64,000 nt of DNA, from positions 26,052 through 90,051 of the forward strand of contig CAYPIR010000006.1 in NCBI GenBank assembly GCA_964410905.1. The letters are read 5' to 3'. This stretch comes from an uncultured bacterium (GTDB lineage: Bacteria > Omnitrophota > Omnitrophia > Omnitrophales > Aquincolibacteriaceae). This document shows, piece by piece, positions 29,479 to 39,371 of the stretch; the stretch's first letter is position 1, and every line of letters begins with the position of its first letter. The translations under genes and the position numbers were made by a program. Below the pieces are notes generated by a model. That model was not told the DNA's origin and did no database searches. It saw nothing but the letters and a program-made list of their open reading frames with translations.

Positions 29479-30360
29479 TCAGCGGTGCAGCTTAACCCAA
29501 TCCTGCGACATCTCGGCGGAATTGCGATACACAATTTCCGCGATAATTCGTCTAATTGTTTTCCTGAGAATTTTTACGAGAAGTTTTCCATCTCTAAAAT
29601 CGGCGGGCGCAAAATGCTCCGCGCGTTTATCCGCGACCATTTTCCTAACATCTTTAGGAACTTCTTTCTCCGGCGAATAAACTGCGACTGCATAACCGCC
29701 CGCCTTTTGAGTAACCGTCATCGAAGGGACATCCGTAATCCCATCGCCGATATAAATCATATTCCGAAAAGGAATTCGTCTTTCAGACTCCGGCATATGG
29801 TCATTTACGCTTTCGCTCAAATCCAGTTTTCCTTTGTTTATGCGAAACAAAAATTGAGTTTTATTTGTATCGTTAATTACAAGTTTGGGAAATAACGGAT
29901 GCCCTTTATCGTCATAATCAAACTCGCAGCCAAAAACCGCTTTGAAATATTTCCGAATGCTTACCCCGTCTAAAATATCTCGAAGGCCGCTTGAAACTAT
30001 GTAATGCTCAAGCGTAATTTCGGCATCAATCGCGTCCGGCAAACTATGAACAAAGTCGTCAAGCCGCTCGAAATACCCATCATTTACTCCGGGAAAATAT
30101 GAAATATTTTTAGCCGATTCTCTAAGTTTTTTTTGGCTAATGGGCCGCGGACGAAAAACCGGAGCGTCGATCAAAAGTTTTAAATACGCCAAAGTTTTTT
30201 CATAACCGCGTTCTTTTTCAAGTTTTTCCGACTCCGCCCAAAACAAATCTTTGTTTATTTCATACGCCTTAAAAATTGTTTCTTCTTGCATGTTCCAAGG
30301 CGAAAGCGTCCCGTCAAAATCATAAACAAGGGCGATGATATTTTGTTTGTTTTTGTTCAT
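29479..30360 (-). CDS. HAD-superfamily (subfamily IB-like) phosphatase/hydrolase
   Basis: Motif I YDFDGTLS, motif IV YIGDGITD. Confidence 0.6.
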   Translation of the reverse strand: MNKNKQNIIALVYDFDGTLSPWNMQEETIFKAYEINKDLFWAESEKLEKERGYEKTLAYLKLLIDAPVFRPRPISQKKLRESAKNISYFPGVNDGYFERLDDFVHSLPDAIDAEITLEHYIVSSGLRDILDGVSIRKYFKAVFGCEFDYDDKGHPLFPKLVINDTNKTQFLFRINKGKLDLSESVNDHMPESERRIPFRNMIYIGDGITDVPSMTVTQKAGGYAVAVYSPEKEVPKDVRKMVADKRAEHFAPADFRDGKLLVKILRKTIRRIIAEIVYRNSAEMSQDWVKLHR

Positions 30361-30378
30361 ATTTCGTTCTGTTCTAAG

Positions 30379-30777
30379 TTACGTTGTTTTTTTAGGCGCG
30401 AAACTGGCTTTCGTTTTTGTTTTATCATCTAAATTGCCGGAAAGCTTTGCATTTGCCATCTGAATATATTGCGAAACAGTTCGGACGTTTTGCGCTAAAC
30501 TGTTTTTCTGTTCTTCTGTTAAGTTATCGCCAGTTGGTATTTGCATTTGTCCGACTGGAAAAAGAAGCGCCGCGTCATTACTTGGAACAAGAACGTCCAG
30601 ACGTCCATTAACTTGATTAAGCCGATACAAAACACCTTCATATCCATAAACCGTATAAACAAGAGGCTGATGGCTTATGGCATTTTTCACACAACCGGAT
30701 CTGATTAAAAGCGCCGAGATAAGTAAAACAACGGCGATAATTCCTACAGAGATAAATTTTTCCATTTCTATTTTCAT
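30379..30777 (-). CDS. Small secreted/membrane-anchored hypothetical protein
   Basis: N-terminal hydrophobic segment. No other motif. Confidence 0.3.
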   Translation of the reverse strand: MKIEMEKFISVGIIAVVLLISALLIRSGCVKNAISHQPLVYTVYGYEGVLYRLNQVNGRLDVLVPSNDAALLFPVGQMQIPTGDNLTEEQKNSLAQNVRTVSQYIQMANAKLSGNLDDKTKTKASFAPKKTT

Positions 30778-30789
30778 TTTTATTTTCCT

Positions 30790-31341
30790 TTAAACGGTTG
30801 GTTTGAAATATCTGTCTTTGTAAAATTTTAATTCGGCAATAGATTCTCGAATGTCGGAAAGCGCGCGATGCCCTTTGGATTTTGTCGGCTGCTTGTCCTT
30901 GGGATACCATCGCGCGATTAGAGCCTTAAGAGAACTGACGTCCACATGCCTGTAGTGGAGATAATCGTCAATTTTTGGCATATATTTAGAAAGAAATCGT
31001 CTGTCTTGATGAACAGAGTTTCCGCAAAGCGGCGCTTTTTTAGGTTTGCAAAACCCCTCAATAAATTTAAGAGTTTTCGCTTCAGCTTCCGCCTCAGTGA
31101 CAGCGGACTTTTTAACCGCCTCAACAAGTCCCGATTTCGCGTGATGCTTTTGATTCCACTCATCCATTGAGCGCAAAACGCTCGCGGGCTGGTGAATAAC
31201 AATGTCAGGTCCCTCTCCAAGAATATTTAAATTCCCGTCGGTGACAATAGTAGCGATTTCCAAAATTCTTTCTTTTTCCGGATCAAGTCCCGTCATTTCC
31301 ATATCAATCCAAACCATATTAAATCTATGAATCTTTGCCAT
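30790..31341 (-). CDS. orn: Oligoribonuclease (DEDDh 3'-5' exonuclease)
   Basis: WIDMEMTGLDPEKERILEIA Exo I motif, H-x4-D Exo III. Start moved to the internal ATG at 31341. Confidence 0.8.
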   Translation of the reverse strand: MAKIHRFNMVWIDMEMTGLDPEKERILEIATIVTDGNLNILGEGPDIVIHQPASVLRSMDEWNQKHHAKSGLVEAVKKSAVTEAEAEAKTLKFIEGFCKPKKAPLCGNSVHQDRRFLSKYMPKIDDYLHYRHVDVSSLKALIARWYPKDKQPTKSKGHRALSDIRESIAELKFYKDRYFKPTV

Positions 31342-31360
31342 ACAGCCCTTTCTATTTAAA

Positions 31361-31900
31361 TTACTTTGTGTTGAAGCGCAGAATATAAAACTCGTCAAAA
31401 AGCTCTTCAAACGCATTTTTCATGGCATCACAAACTCCTACCGCAAATTGAAACGCCTCCGTGATTTGTCGCTCGGCGGGATTCGCTGAGGAATGCGTGG
31501 TCGCGCTAATTCCTAATTTGTGGAATAAGTGAACCATAACGCTTACCGTCGGCGATTCGTCAGGATTGGCATTTGACGCGTAAAGACTTTCACTGAACTT
31601 AGTAGCGGTGTCGAGAGATTTGGGCGAAGCGAATATATTGAGAGCCTCTTTAAAAAAGAAATTTTCCACATCCTTATCATTGATTTCATTTAAAGCGCAC
31701 GCCCCGCGCCAAAAAACGCAGCCCAAAGCGAGTTTTGCCGGAACAAATTCGGCAGAAAACTGCATGAAAGATTTTTCTTTTAATAAAGAATCTCGCGCGG
31801 TGAGCTCATCATAAATAACACGATTGTTATCACTGGCGAGCGAGAAGTCTAAAAGTTCTTTTATGTATTTTTTTTCAAAAAAAGAGTTTTTATTCAGCAT
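31361..31900 (-). CDS. Hypothetical protein
   Basis: ORF with normal composition. No motif recognised. Confidence 0.3.
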   Translation of the reverse strand: MLNKNSFFEKKYIKELLDFSLASDNNRVIYDELTARDSLLKEKSFMQFSAEFVPAKLALGCVFWRGACALNEINDKDVENFFFKEALNIFASPKSLDTATKFSESLYASNANPDESPTVSVMVHLFHKLGISATTHSSANPAERQITEAFQFAVGVCDAMKNAFEELFDEFYILRFNTK

Positions 31901-32014
31901 TTTATTTTCCGTGTTAGCGACGCATTGTATCAAATCATTTATGCATACGCCTTAACTTTTGCGGATTTTTGCCGTCAATAAACTTGTCTGTTTTTTACAT
32001 TTCATGAGGATTTT

Positions 32015-33040
32015 ATGCGTCGCAAAAAACGTTCTAAATTTAAACTATCAAAAAAGCAAAAACAAAATTTTACAGTCGCCATCGTGGCGGTGATTTGCGC
32101 GATAGGCGCGTTTTGGATGTTCGCGAAACCCATTGCCATTAAAACGGCATCGCAGTCAAACGTGAAGAAGCAAACTGTTTATCAAACAAAAACAAAATCT
32201 TTCGTTTCGTCAGCCGTTGAAAAAGAAGTAAAAATACAAAAATCAAACATCAAAATCGCGGAACCTTCGAGACAAACTATTCAGCCCGTCGCCGCTCAAC
32301 CGGTAACGAGCCGTCCGCCCGTAATAAAAAACACTCTGCCCAAACGCGCTGTCCCTGATCTTTACAGCAATCGCCCAAAAGTAACATTTGTAATTGATGA
32401 CATCGGCTACCATTTAAGAGATCGCGACCGCCTAGCCGCTTTGAGCGACAAGGTTACTTACGCCATTTTGCCGCTGCTCCCTTTTTCACGGTATTTTGGG
32501 AATTTAAGCAAAGCAACTGGCGCGGAAGTGATTTTGCATCTGCCGCTTGATACGACTCAAGATATTATTCCCGGAAAAGGTTTGATTGTGGACACTATGA
32601 GTGATCAAGATATTTTAGATATGCTTTCGCGAGACATCAGTTCAGTACCTAATCTTGTCGGCTCAAACAATCACATGGGTTCGCGCGGAACTACAAACCG
32701 TCGAGTAATGACAATTATTTTAAAAGAACTTAAACGGCGCGGTCTTTTCTTTTTGGATAGCTACACAACCGCCGACTCTGTGGTCCCGCAAGTAGCTAAG
32801 GAAATCAATTTACCGATTCTCACCCGCGGAGTTTTTTTAGACAATGTTGACGAAAAAAACGCCATAGCTCGCCAAATAACTGACTTGAGACGCATCTCTC
32901 GCGCGCGCGGGAGCGCTATAGCAATCGGACATTACAGAACAAACACTCTTGAGGTTTTAGCAAATGAAATACCGGCAATGGAAGATGAAGGTTTTGTTAT
33001 TTTGACGCTGCAGGAAATGCTTTCTATTCACGCGGATTAA
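32015..33040 (+). CDS. Divergent polysaccharide deacetylase family protein (YibQ-like)
   Basis: N-terminal TM. TFVIDDIGY, HLPLD and NHMGS motifs of the YibQ/divergent PDA family. Confidence 0.6.
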   Translation: MRRKKRSKFKLSKKQKQNFTVAIVAVICAIGAFWMFAKPIAIKTASQSNVKKQTVYQTKTKSFVSSAVEKEVKIQKSNIKIAEPSRQTIQPVAAQPVTSRPPVIKNTLPKRAVPDLYSNRPKVTFVIDDIGYHLRDRDRLAALSDKVTYAILPLLPFSRYFGNLSKATGAEVILHLPLDTTQDIIPGKGLIVDTMSDQDILDMLSRDISSVPNLVGSNNHMGSRGTTNRRVMTIILKELKRRGLFFLDSYTTADSVVPQVAKEINLPILTRGVFLDNVDEKNAIARQITDLRRISRARGSAIAIGHYRTNTLEVLANEIPAMEDEGFVILTLQEMLSIHAD

Positions 33041-34506
33041 ACTTTTTCCGCAAAAAAAGTTTCGTGGTAAAGCACGGTGAGCCGAACCTTAACAAATTGT
33101 CCCACGAGATTTTCTTTCGACTTAAAAAGAACTCGTCTGTCTTGATCCATTCGTCCAACCCACTCATCACTGTTTTGTGGATTTCTATTTTCGACAAAAA
33201 CGCCGCGAATCTTTCCTATGGCCTCGCGGCTTTTTTCTTCCGAGATTTGCTTTTGCAAATCCAGAAGCTCTTTTAAACGCGATGCTTTTTTTTCTTCAGA
33301 AACATCATCCGTAAGACGCGCCGCCGGGGTGCCCGGCCGAACGGAATATTTATAAATAAACGCGCTATCAAAACGAATTTCTCGCAAAGCCTGCTTTGTC
33401 TCTTCAAAATCCTCTTCTGTCTCGCCCGAAAATCCAACGATAATATCTGTTGTTATAGCTATATCCGGAATGAGCGAACGAAGACGTCCAACCTTATCCT
33501 TATATTCTTTGAAGTTATGATAACGCTTCATTCGTTTTAGCATTCTGTCGGAACCGGATTGCAGCGGAAGATGAAATCTGCGGCTTAATTTTTCTTGGGA
33601 CGCTAAGACTTGAAACAAATCTTCTGTCGCGTCCGTGGGATGCGAGGTTGTAAAAGAAATTCTTTTAAGTTCTTCAATCTCGCACAATTTTTCTAAAAGT
33701 TTTGGGAATGATATTTCCCCGTTATTTGATTCGCCGCTTCCTCCCTTATAGCTATTGACATTCTGTCCGAGCAAAGTAATCCATTTAAATCCTTTTGAGG
33801 CCAACCGCCTAGCTTCAGCAATAACATTTTCAGCAGGCATAGACACCTCGTGGCCGCGCGTAATCGGAACAATGCAAAAAGTGCATTCTTTATCGCAACC
33901 AGTCATAATCGGAAGCCACGCGTGATATGGACTGTCGCGTTTGGTGCATTCGCTATACTCTATGGAAATCCCTTCTTGATTTATTCGCGAAATACCAAGA
34001 TTTTTGTGAGCTGATACTTCGTTCTTTTTATCTGACGTTCGCCTCGCCAATTCCTCTTCGCGCTTATTCTTAATTTCTAATATCATTTGCGGTAATTCTT
34101 TTATGTTACGCGTGCCTATCATCAAATCAAGAAATGGAAAACGTTTGAACATCCGCTCCCGATGTTCTTCAACCATGCAACCCATCAGACCGATTATAAG
34201 TTCGGGGCGTTTCTTTTTTTCGACTCCAAGCATTCCCAGTCGTCCCCAAATTCTTTCTTCCGCGTGCTCGCGAACCGAGCATGTGTTCATCAATACAATA
34301 TCAGCTCCTTTCGACAAAGATGGTCTGCCCAAAACTTTTGCTAACTCATCGGGCTCATCGCCTTCAGAAATTACTTTGAAACCATGACTCTCAAGAAGCC
34401 CCGCGGCGAGTTGGCTGTCGTAGACATTCATTTGACAGCCGAAGGTCGCAATAAGCACCTTCAGAAAACTTTTTCCGCTATTTCCTATACAAACTTCTTC
34501 TGGCAT
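33037..34506 (-). CDS. miaB: MiaB-like tRNA methylthiotransferase (radical SAM MTTase with TRAM domain)
   Basis: FGCQMNVYDS and NTCSVRE (MTTase N-domain), radical-SAM CDKECTFC, C-terminal TRAM-like region. A charged insertion of about 60 aa between the N-domain and the radical-SAM core. Confidence 0.75.
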   Translation of the reverse strand: MPEEVCIGNSGKSFLKVLIATFGCQMNVYDSQLAAGLLESHGFKVISEGDEPDELAKVLGRPSLSKGADIVLMNTCSVREHAEERIWGRLGMLGVEKKKRPELIIGLMGCMVEEHRERMFKRFPFLDLMIGTRNIKELPQMILEIKNKREEELARRTSDKKNEVSAHKNLGISRINQEGISIEYSECTKRDSPYHAWLPIMTGCDKECTFCIVPITRGHEVSMPAENVIAEARRLASKGFKWITLLGQNVNSYKGGSGESNNGEISFPKLLEKLCEIEELKRISFTTSHPTDATEDLFQVLASQEKLSRRFHLPLQSGSDRMLKRMKRYHNFKEYKDKVGRLRSLIPDIAITTDIIVGFSGETEEDFEETKQALREIRFDSAFIYKYSVRPGTPAARLTDDVSEEKKASRLKELLDLQKQISEEKSREAIGKIRGVFVENRNPQNSDEWVGRMDQDRRVLFKSKENLVGQFVKVRLTVLYHETFFAEKV

Positions 34507-34519
34507 GGTTTATTCCCTT

Positions 34520-34941
34520 CTAATTTCTGCTCAGCCGAAACAAGAACCTGGTCAAAAGGCTTTCGTCTAGCATCCGCAAGGAGCCTCTGCAATGCTGGTC
34601 GAGCCACGGTGTAACCACTGACGCCATCATCCTGATAAACCTTCTCACCCGGGATATCGCAAAAAATTTCTCATGAACCTCAAGTGAGAACCCTTCTCGC
34701 ACCTGATCTTCTGTGCTAACGCGAGTGTAAAGTGCTGCTTTTATGGCTTTGTATTCTCCCGAAGCACGCTGCGCCATTTGCGGATATCCCGGAGGTCATC
34801 TGCGGTCAAGACCGGGAGATTCCGGTAGTCGCGCTTTACTGTGATCCAACCCTTTTTCAGCCAATAATATAGGGTCAGACGATGGACGCCCAATTCTGCC
34901 GCCGCATCTTTTAAGTTGTATCGCTTGGGATTCTTAGACAT
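34520..34941 (-). pseudogene. Frameshifted, truncated IS607-like serine recombinase (MerR-type HTH plus start of resolvase catalytic domain)
   Basis: ORF 34741-34941 encodes an HTH (LKDAAAELGVHRLTLYYWLKKGWI). Overlapping frame 34520-34777 encodes ALYTRVSTEDQ (serine-recombinase catalytic Ser motif) and then degenerates. No intact downstream recombinase domain and no tnpB. Confidence 0.5.
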
Positions 34942-35169
34942 GAACGTCTTTCTACACGGTTATTCACGCAAACGCAATAAGAATTACCGTCCAGGTTCTG
35001 TTTTTGTTTCGCAAATGTTCTTTTCTTCACTGCTTTTTACCAAGGGCTTAAACAGAAGCAAATCAGATTCGGAAATAAACTCTGGGCGGGTTTATAAGTT
35101 CGCGTGGTATTCCTGCGACGCTTGCAAAGTAGAGTTTTGAGAAGATATGGCTGTTTAAATTCCTGAAAA

Positions 35170-35607
35170 TTAGTCTATCTGCTGTGCTGTAAGAAAAATG
35201 GATTTTTCAAGTGCGGAAAAAAAGTCCTGATAGACTTTGGGGTCTTCGACTGGTTTAATGCCGTATTCAACATTAGCACGAACCAAAAACTGCTGGGCGT
35301 TACGTTCCTTCACCATCACAGACATTTTCACAATTACCATCCCGCTATATTTCTGACCGGTTACGGTTCCGAGATCGAGGCTCGAGTCTTGGATTAAGAA
35401 ATTGAGATCTTGCATAGTATTGATAACGCTTCTAAGCATTAATTTTTTATCCGTCGTATCAAACGCTCGGCTCTGAATATTGCGCAATGCCACTTGGCTT
35501 TGTTCCGTTGTAAGAATTTGTTGTTGATTAGCAGCGCAACCGGCACCCAGAAAAGCACATGTCGTGATCAAAACGATTAAAATATAAAAGTCATGCCTTA
35601 TTTTCAT
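35170..35607 (-). CDS. Lipoprotein, hypothetical (paralog of the next gene)
   Basis: Lipobox LGAGC. Shared C-terminal pattern (DPK.Y.DFF...IFL..Q) with 35604-36164. Confidence 0.45.
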   Translation of the reverse strand: MKIRHDFYILIVLITTCAFLGAGCAANQQQILTTEQSQVALRNIQSRAFDTTDKKLMLRSVINTMQDLNFLIQDSSLDLGTVTGQKYSGMVIVKMSVMVKERNAQQFLVRANVEYGIKPVEDPKVYQDFFSALEKSIFLTAQQID

Positions 35608-36164
35608 ATCTTTTGCTCCTCTAAAAAGATCGCTTTGGAAACCATTTCAAAAAAATCATGATACATCTTGGGGTCTGAAATAGTTTCAAACCGGGAAACC
35701 TGTCCCTGCGCATTCCAGACTACTGTTTGGAATTTTACACGAACGACAATCGAGTCATTGGTCAACGCAGAATTGATTAACACAGAAGCTTCAATTTTTT
35801 GTGTTTTATCGGTTTGCCCATAGAGATTTGAATAGCAACCCAATAACGAGCATGCCACATCAGCCGCAAGCGCCGCCGTTACCTGACCTGCGCTAACTGC
35901 GGTACGATTTTTGGACGAAACAATCATCCCAAGATCCATTTGACTTTTGTCAATCGTAAAACCCAGATCCTGCAAAGCCCCCGCCGCACCTAGAATTACT
36001 TTTTTTTCATCCGTTGTAGCATATTTGCGCATTTGCTGTTCGCGTGCGGAAAGATAATTCTCAGGAAGAACCAGAAGATTCTTTGGCATAGATTGGCAAC
36101 CTGCCAAAATGAAGCAGAGGCTTGTTAAAACAAGCTTGCAAAACGAATTTTTCGTTTGTTTCAT
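35604..36164 (-). CDS. Lipoprotein, hypothetical (paralog of the previous gene)
   Basis: Lipobox LAGC. 4-nt overlap with the downstream paralog. Confidence 0.45.
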   Translation of the reverse strand: MKQTKNSFCKLVLTSLCFILAGCQSMPKNLLVLPENYLSAREQQMRKYATTDEKKVILGAAGALQDLGFTIDKSQMDLGMIVSSKNRTAVSAGQVTAALAADVACSLLGCYSNLYGQTDKTQKIEASVLINSALTNDSIVVRVKFQTVVWNAQGQVSRFETISDPKMYHDFFEMVSKAIFLEEQKI

Positions 36165-36181
36165 ATTAGATTACGGTTAAA

Positions 36182-36640
36182 TCAAAACTTTGAACTGTGA
36201 TAGGCAAAGTCGCGGACTTTACCTTCTAAGTCGAATTTAATGACAACGGTTAGGGTTTTTTGAGTCGTGCTTACCGCACTGGCGTTTTTCCCAAAAGTAC
36301 CGCCAAGGCCACCAAGAAGCAGAGTGGTACCAGGTACTCCGCCTGCGCCCACACCGCCGCCAAGGTTACCACTGCTTGAGGCATATGCTGCCTCGGTAGC
36401 AATTTTGTCATAGACCCATACTTCGCGTCTTTGCTCATCGGTCGTGACAACATTAGGAGATCCAAGTATTTCCGCTACCTGGGCATTCGTCATTCCGATC
36501 CTGATTTCCCGTTGCACTTTGCCAACTGTCAAACTGTTTGGTCCATTATCCTGCACATCTTGCCGGAGAGAGCTTGCCGAAACGCATCCGGATAAAGCCA
36601 TCAAACACGCGAGAATTAAAAAACCCGCCATCTTTTTCAT
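36182..36640 (-). CDS. BamE/SmpA-OmlA-like outer-membrane lipoprotein with a Gly-rich C-terminal extension
   Basis: Lipobox LSGC. IRIGMTNAQVAEILGSPN...EVWVYD matches the SmpA/OmlA fold motif. GGGVGAGGVPGTTLLLGGLGG glycine-zipper-like stretch. Confidence 0.5.
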   Translation of the reverse strand: MKKMAGFLILACLMALSGCVSASSLRQDVQDNGPNSLTVGKVQREIRIGMTNAQVAEILGSPNVVTTDEQRREVWVYDKIATEAAYASSSGNLGGGVGAGGVPGTTLLLGGLGGTFGKNASAVSTTQKTLTVVIKFDLEGKVRDFAYHSSKF

Positions 36641-36799
36641 ATTTCCTCCCTATATAAAATTAAAAAAATTTTTTACGGCGCAGAGTATAATGCACATCCG
36701 AATCCAGAGTCAAATGATTTAGCGCAAGCATCTCTGATTCTTCCAGCATAAAAACTCCGTTTCCTTAAAGATACATCAGTGTAAGCGCGCCATCAACCG

Positions 36800-37507
36800 T
36801 TAAAAATCAAAGGATTCACCTTCCCTCAGTTTGACGCAGTGTTTTCCAAAAAATCTGGCAAAGATCGGGGCTGCTCCAGGTCCCGAACAATGGAGCGGAA
36901 TGACTTTTTTGACGCCAAGGGTCTTGAGATCGGCGACGATCTTGATATTCTCTTCGGGATCGTTATCTTTCATGTGAAACCCGCCGCAGATGGCATAAAT
37001 ATTATCGCCGAATTCCTTGATGGCGCGCTTAACGATCTTGACGATCCCTGGATGCGCACATCCCGTGATAACCGAAAATCCTTTTCGGGACTTTACCACG
37101 AGCGCCTGCTCGTAAAGGATTCCGCGTCCAGTGTCGGCGCTCATCTGACCAATTGAATAAACATGATGAGAAATTTTTCTAACTGTATTGACCTCGACAA
37201 GTATCCCCCCGTTGCTTTTCACGAGATTTTTTAGATCTTTGCCGGCCTTCTTGCAGACATAGACTTGCGTTTGGGGCTGAGTCCGGAGCAATCCCCCAAG
37301 CCCCGCAATATGATCCCAGTCATCATGGGAGATCACGACATGCCGGACCCGAGTAAGATTGAACTTGAAACGTTTTACGTTCTCCCAAAAAACATCTGCC
37401 CGCCCGAACGCGTCGAAAAAAACATCTCCGACAAGAAAAGAAACGCCCCAACGCAAAGTTTTTCTTTCCCGGCTTGTTGATCCTTCGGCAATTAAACTAA
37501 TCTTCAC
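36800..37507 (-). CDS. MBL-fold metallo-hydrolase
   Basis: HVVISHDDWDHIAGLG (HxHxDH) motif. Confidence 0.65.
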   Translation of the reverse strand: MKISLIAEGSTSRERKTLRWGVSFLVGDVFFDAFGRADVFWENVKRFKFNLTRVRHVVISHDDWDHIAGLGGLLRTQPQTQVYVCKKAGKDLKNLVKSNGGILVEVNTVRKISHHVYSIGQMSADTGRGILYEQALVVKSRKGFSVITGCAHPGIVKIVKRAIKEFGDNIYAICGGFHMKDNDPEENIKIVADLKTLGVKKVIPLHCSGPGAAPIFARFFGKHCVKLREGESFDF

Positions 37508-37627
37508 AGGGTCACGGCCCCTCGACGATCTTGGCTGCTTCTTCTACGCATCCAAGGCAAGATATCTTTTTGATCGCTCTGAGTGAGCCAGATCGGCCAA
37601 GGTGATGGTCTTTTGCTTTCTTAACAC

Positions 37628-38149
37628 TCACTTAACAGGGACCTTCATATCATCAAGCATGGCCTCAAGATCTTCTTCATGCTCAACTTCATCAGCCAGG
37701 ATCTCGAGGATGATTCTTTCCGTGATAGGATCTTTCCCTCTTACGTAATCGAAGAGTTTTTTATAAGTCTCTATCGCGCACTGTTCGCCCTTGATGTTCT
37801 GTGAGAGGAGTGTTTTAGTGTTCGAATCCGAAGGAGCATCGTAACCGCAATTCGTTTCTTTTAAGATGTCCTGCGGCGTCAAAAGGGGCACTCCGCCGAG
37901 CTGGAGCATGCGCTCCACCAGCATTTCGGCGTGATGCAATTCTTCTCCAGCATGATCTTCTAATTCCTTCGCGATAATTTCTCGCATCCTTCCGGTCGCA
38001 ACCTTTGCGCCGACCCAATACTGATAATAAGCCAGCCATTCATCGGCATAGGCTTTATTCATCAGGATGAGCAGCTCCTTGATATTCACTCCCACGATCT
38101 CTCTTCCTTTAGCTCCCATATTTTTCTCCTTTTTTGTTTTTTTAAACAA
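37628..38149 (-). CDS. Ferritin-like di-iron protein (Dps/bacterioferritin-like)
   Basis: Paired E-x2-H motifs (ELEDHAGEELHHAE, DEVEHEEDLE) typical of the ferritin-like four-helix bundle. Confidence 0.55.
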   Translation of the reverse strand: MFKKTKKEKNMGAKGREIVGVNIKELLILMNKAYADEWLAYYQYWVGAKVATGRMREIIAKELEDHAGEELHHAEMLVERMLQLGGVPLLTPQDILKETNCGYDAPSDSNTKTLLSQNIKGEQCAIETYKKLFDYVRGKDPITERIILEILADEVEHEEDLEAMLDDMKVPVK

Positions 38150-38275
38150 TGCTTTTCACAACGAGATTCTACATTGGCTTCCAGGATATATACAATCCTG
38201 AAAAAAGCTTGCGCCGAAGGATCACCTCCGCCCAGTAAAACGAAGGGCGTCCCCGTATCCCCGTGAGTTACAAAA

Positions 38276-38285
38276 TCAATATTGA
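38276..38285. promoter_or_regulatory. Perfect palindrome TCAATATTGA, flanked by short CCCCGT/ACGGGG inverted repeats, in the ferritin-like gene upstream region. Candidate Fur/PerR-type operator.
   Basis: Seen directly in the sequence, about 115-130 nt upstream of the ferritin-like start. AT-rich dyad resembling Fur-family half sites. Confidence 0.3.
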
Positions 38286-38519
38286 CGGGGATAGCCCCTA
38301 GAAAAGGGATCTTTTGCTCAAGCGCTAGTTTTTGACCTCCTCGAGAGAGTCCACACTTTTCGTATCCGCGTCTTTAAATTCAGGATAAAAATACCGCGCC
38401 AGTGGACAAGAACGCAGGATAGGATCCGTAACGTTGATCACCTGCTCTTTCGAGACAGTGAGCACGGAAGAAAAATATTTCAATACATGCAGATCTCTTT
38501 CGACAGGACGGATCATGAC

Positions 38520-39371
38520 CTAAGCTTTTACAGCCTCCCAAATCCGGATCATTTCGGTTTTTAAAACGCCATTTGTGTGTTCCGTAACAGGTCTTCTCGC
38601 AATGACGGATTCAATAACAGCGCGATCGAAGGGTATTTTTCCGATCACGGGAATCTTTTGTCCTTCGCAAAAATGTTCGATTTTTTCAGAGGCTTCCGGA
38701 TTAATATCCCATTTGTTGATCACCAACCTGACCGGCACTTTAAAATGCGCCGCCAATTCGATCACCCTTTCGACATCGTGAAGGCCTGAAAGTGTTGGTT
38801 CGGTCACGACCACCGCGAGATCCACACCCGAAAGAGAAGCGATTACAGGGCATCCGATCCCCGGAGGACCATCAACGATTACATATTCCGCTTGAGTTTT
38901 TTCGGCGAGTTCTTTAGCGGTTTGTCGCACCTTCGCGACAAGCTTTCCAGAATTTTCTTCTGCAATTCCAAGTTTGGCGTGCACAAAAGATCCGTAGGGT
39001 GTTTCGGAAATAAACCACTCTCCTGCCGTATTTTCCTGCATGCGGATCGCATTCACCGGACACAGTCGCGCACAGAGACCGCATCCTTCACAATTAATCG
39101 GGCTCACGGCAAACTCCAAGCTGATGGCCTGAAAGCGGCAAGCGGCTTTACACTCGCCGCAACCCGTGCACAGAGACGGATTAATCTTGGCAAAAGCCCC
39201 GCTTCTGAAAGGATGCCGTTCTTTTATGGAGGAACCCAATAAAAGATAGAGATTCGCGGCGTCAACATCACAGTCCGCCATGACCTTGTTCTCTGCCAAG
39301 GTAGCAAAGGCTCCGGTGAGCATGGTTTTCCCCGTGCCACCTTTCCCGCTGATCACGACGATTTGCTTCAT
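38520..39371 (-). CDS. MinD/Mrp-like P-loop ATPase with an inserted 2x[4Fe-4S] ferredoxin domain
   Basis: GKGGTGKT Walker A, CTGCGECKAAC and CEGCGLCARLCP cluster motifs. Confidence 0.8.
   Translation of the reverse strand: MKQIVVISGKGGTGKTMLTGAFATLAENKVMADCDVDAANLYLLLGSSIKERHPFRSGAFAKINPSLCTGCGECKAACRFQAISLEFAVSPINCEGCGLCARLCPVNAIRMQENTAGEWFISETPYGSFVHAKLGIAEENSGKLVAKVRQTAKELAEKTQAEYVIVDGPPGIGCPVIASLSGVDLAVVVTEPTLSGLHDVERVIELAAHFKVPVRLVINKWDINPEASEKIEHFCEGQKIPVIGKIPFDRAVIESVIARRPVTEHTNGVLKTEMIRIWEAVKA

Noticed and set aside
38325-38516. 63-aa ORF between the ferritin-like gene and the MinD-like ATPase
   Set aside because: No motif and weak start context. It could be real (it fills a 370-nt gap), but there is not enough evidence to call it a gene.
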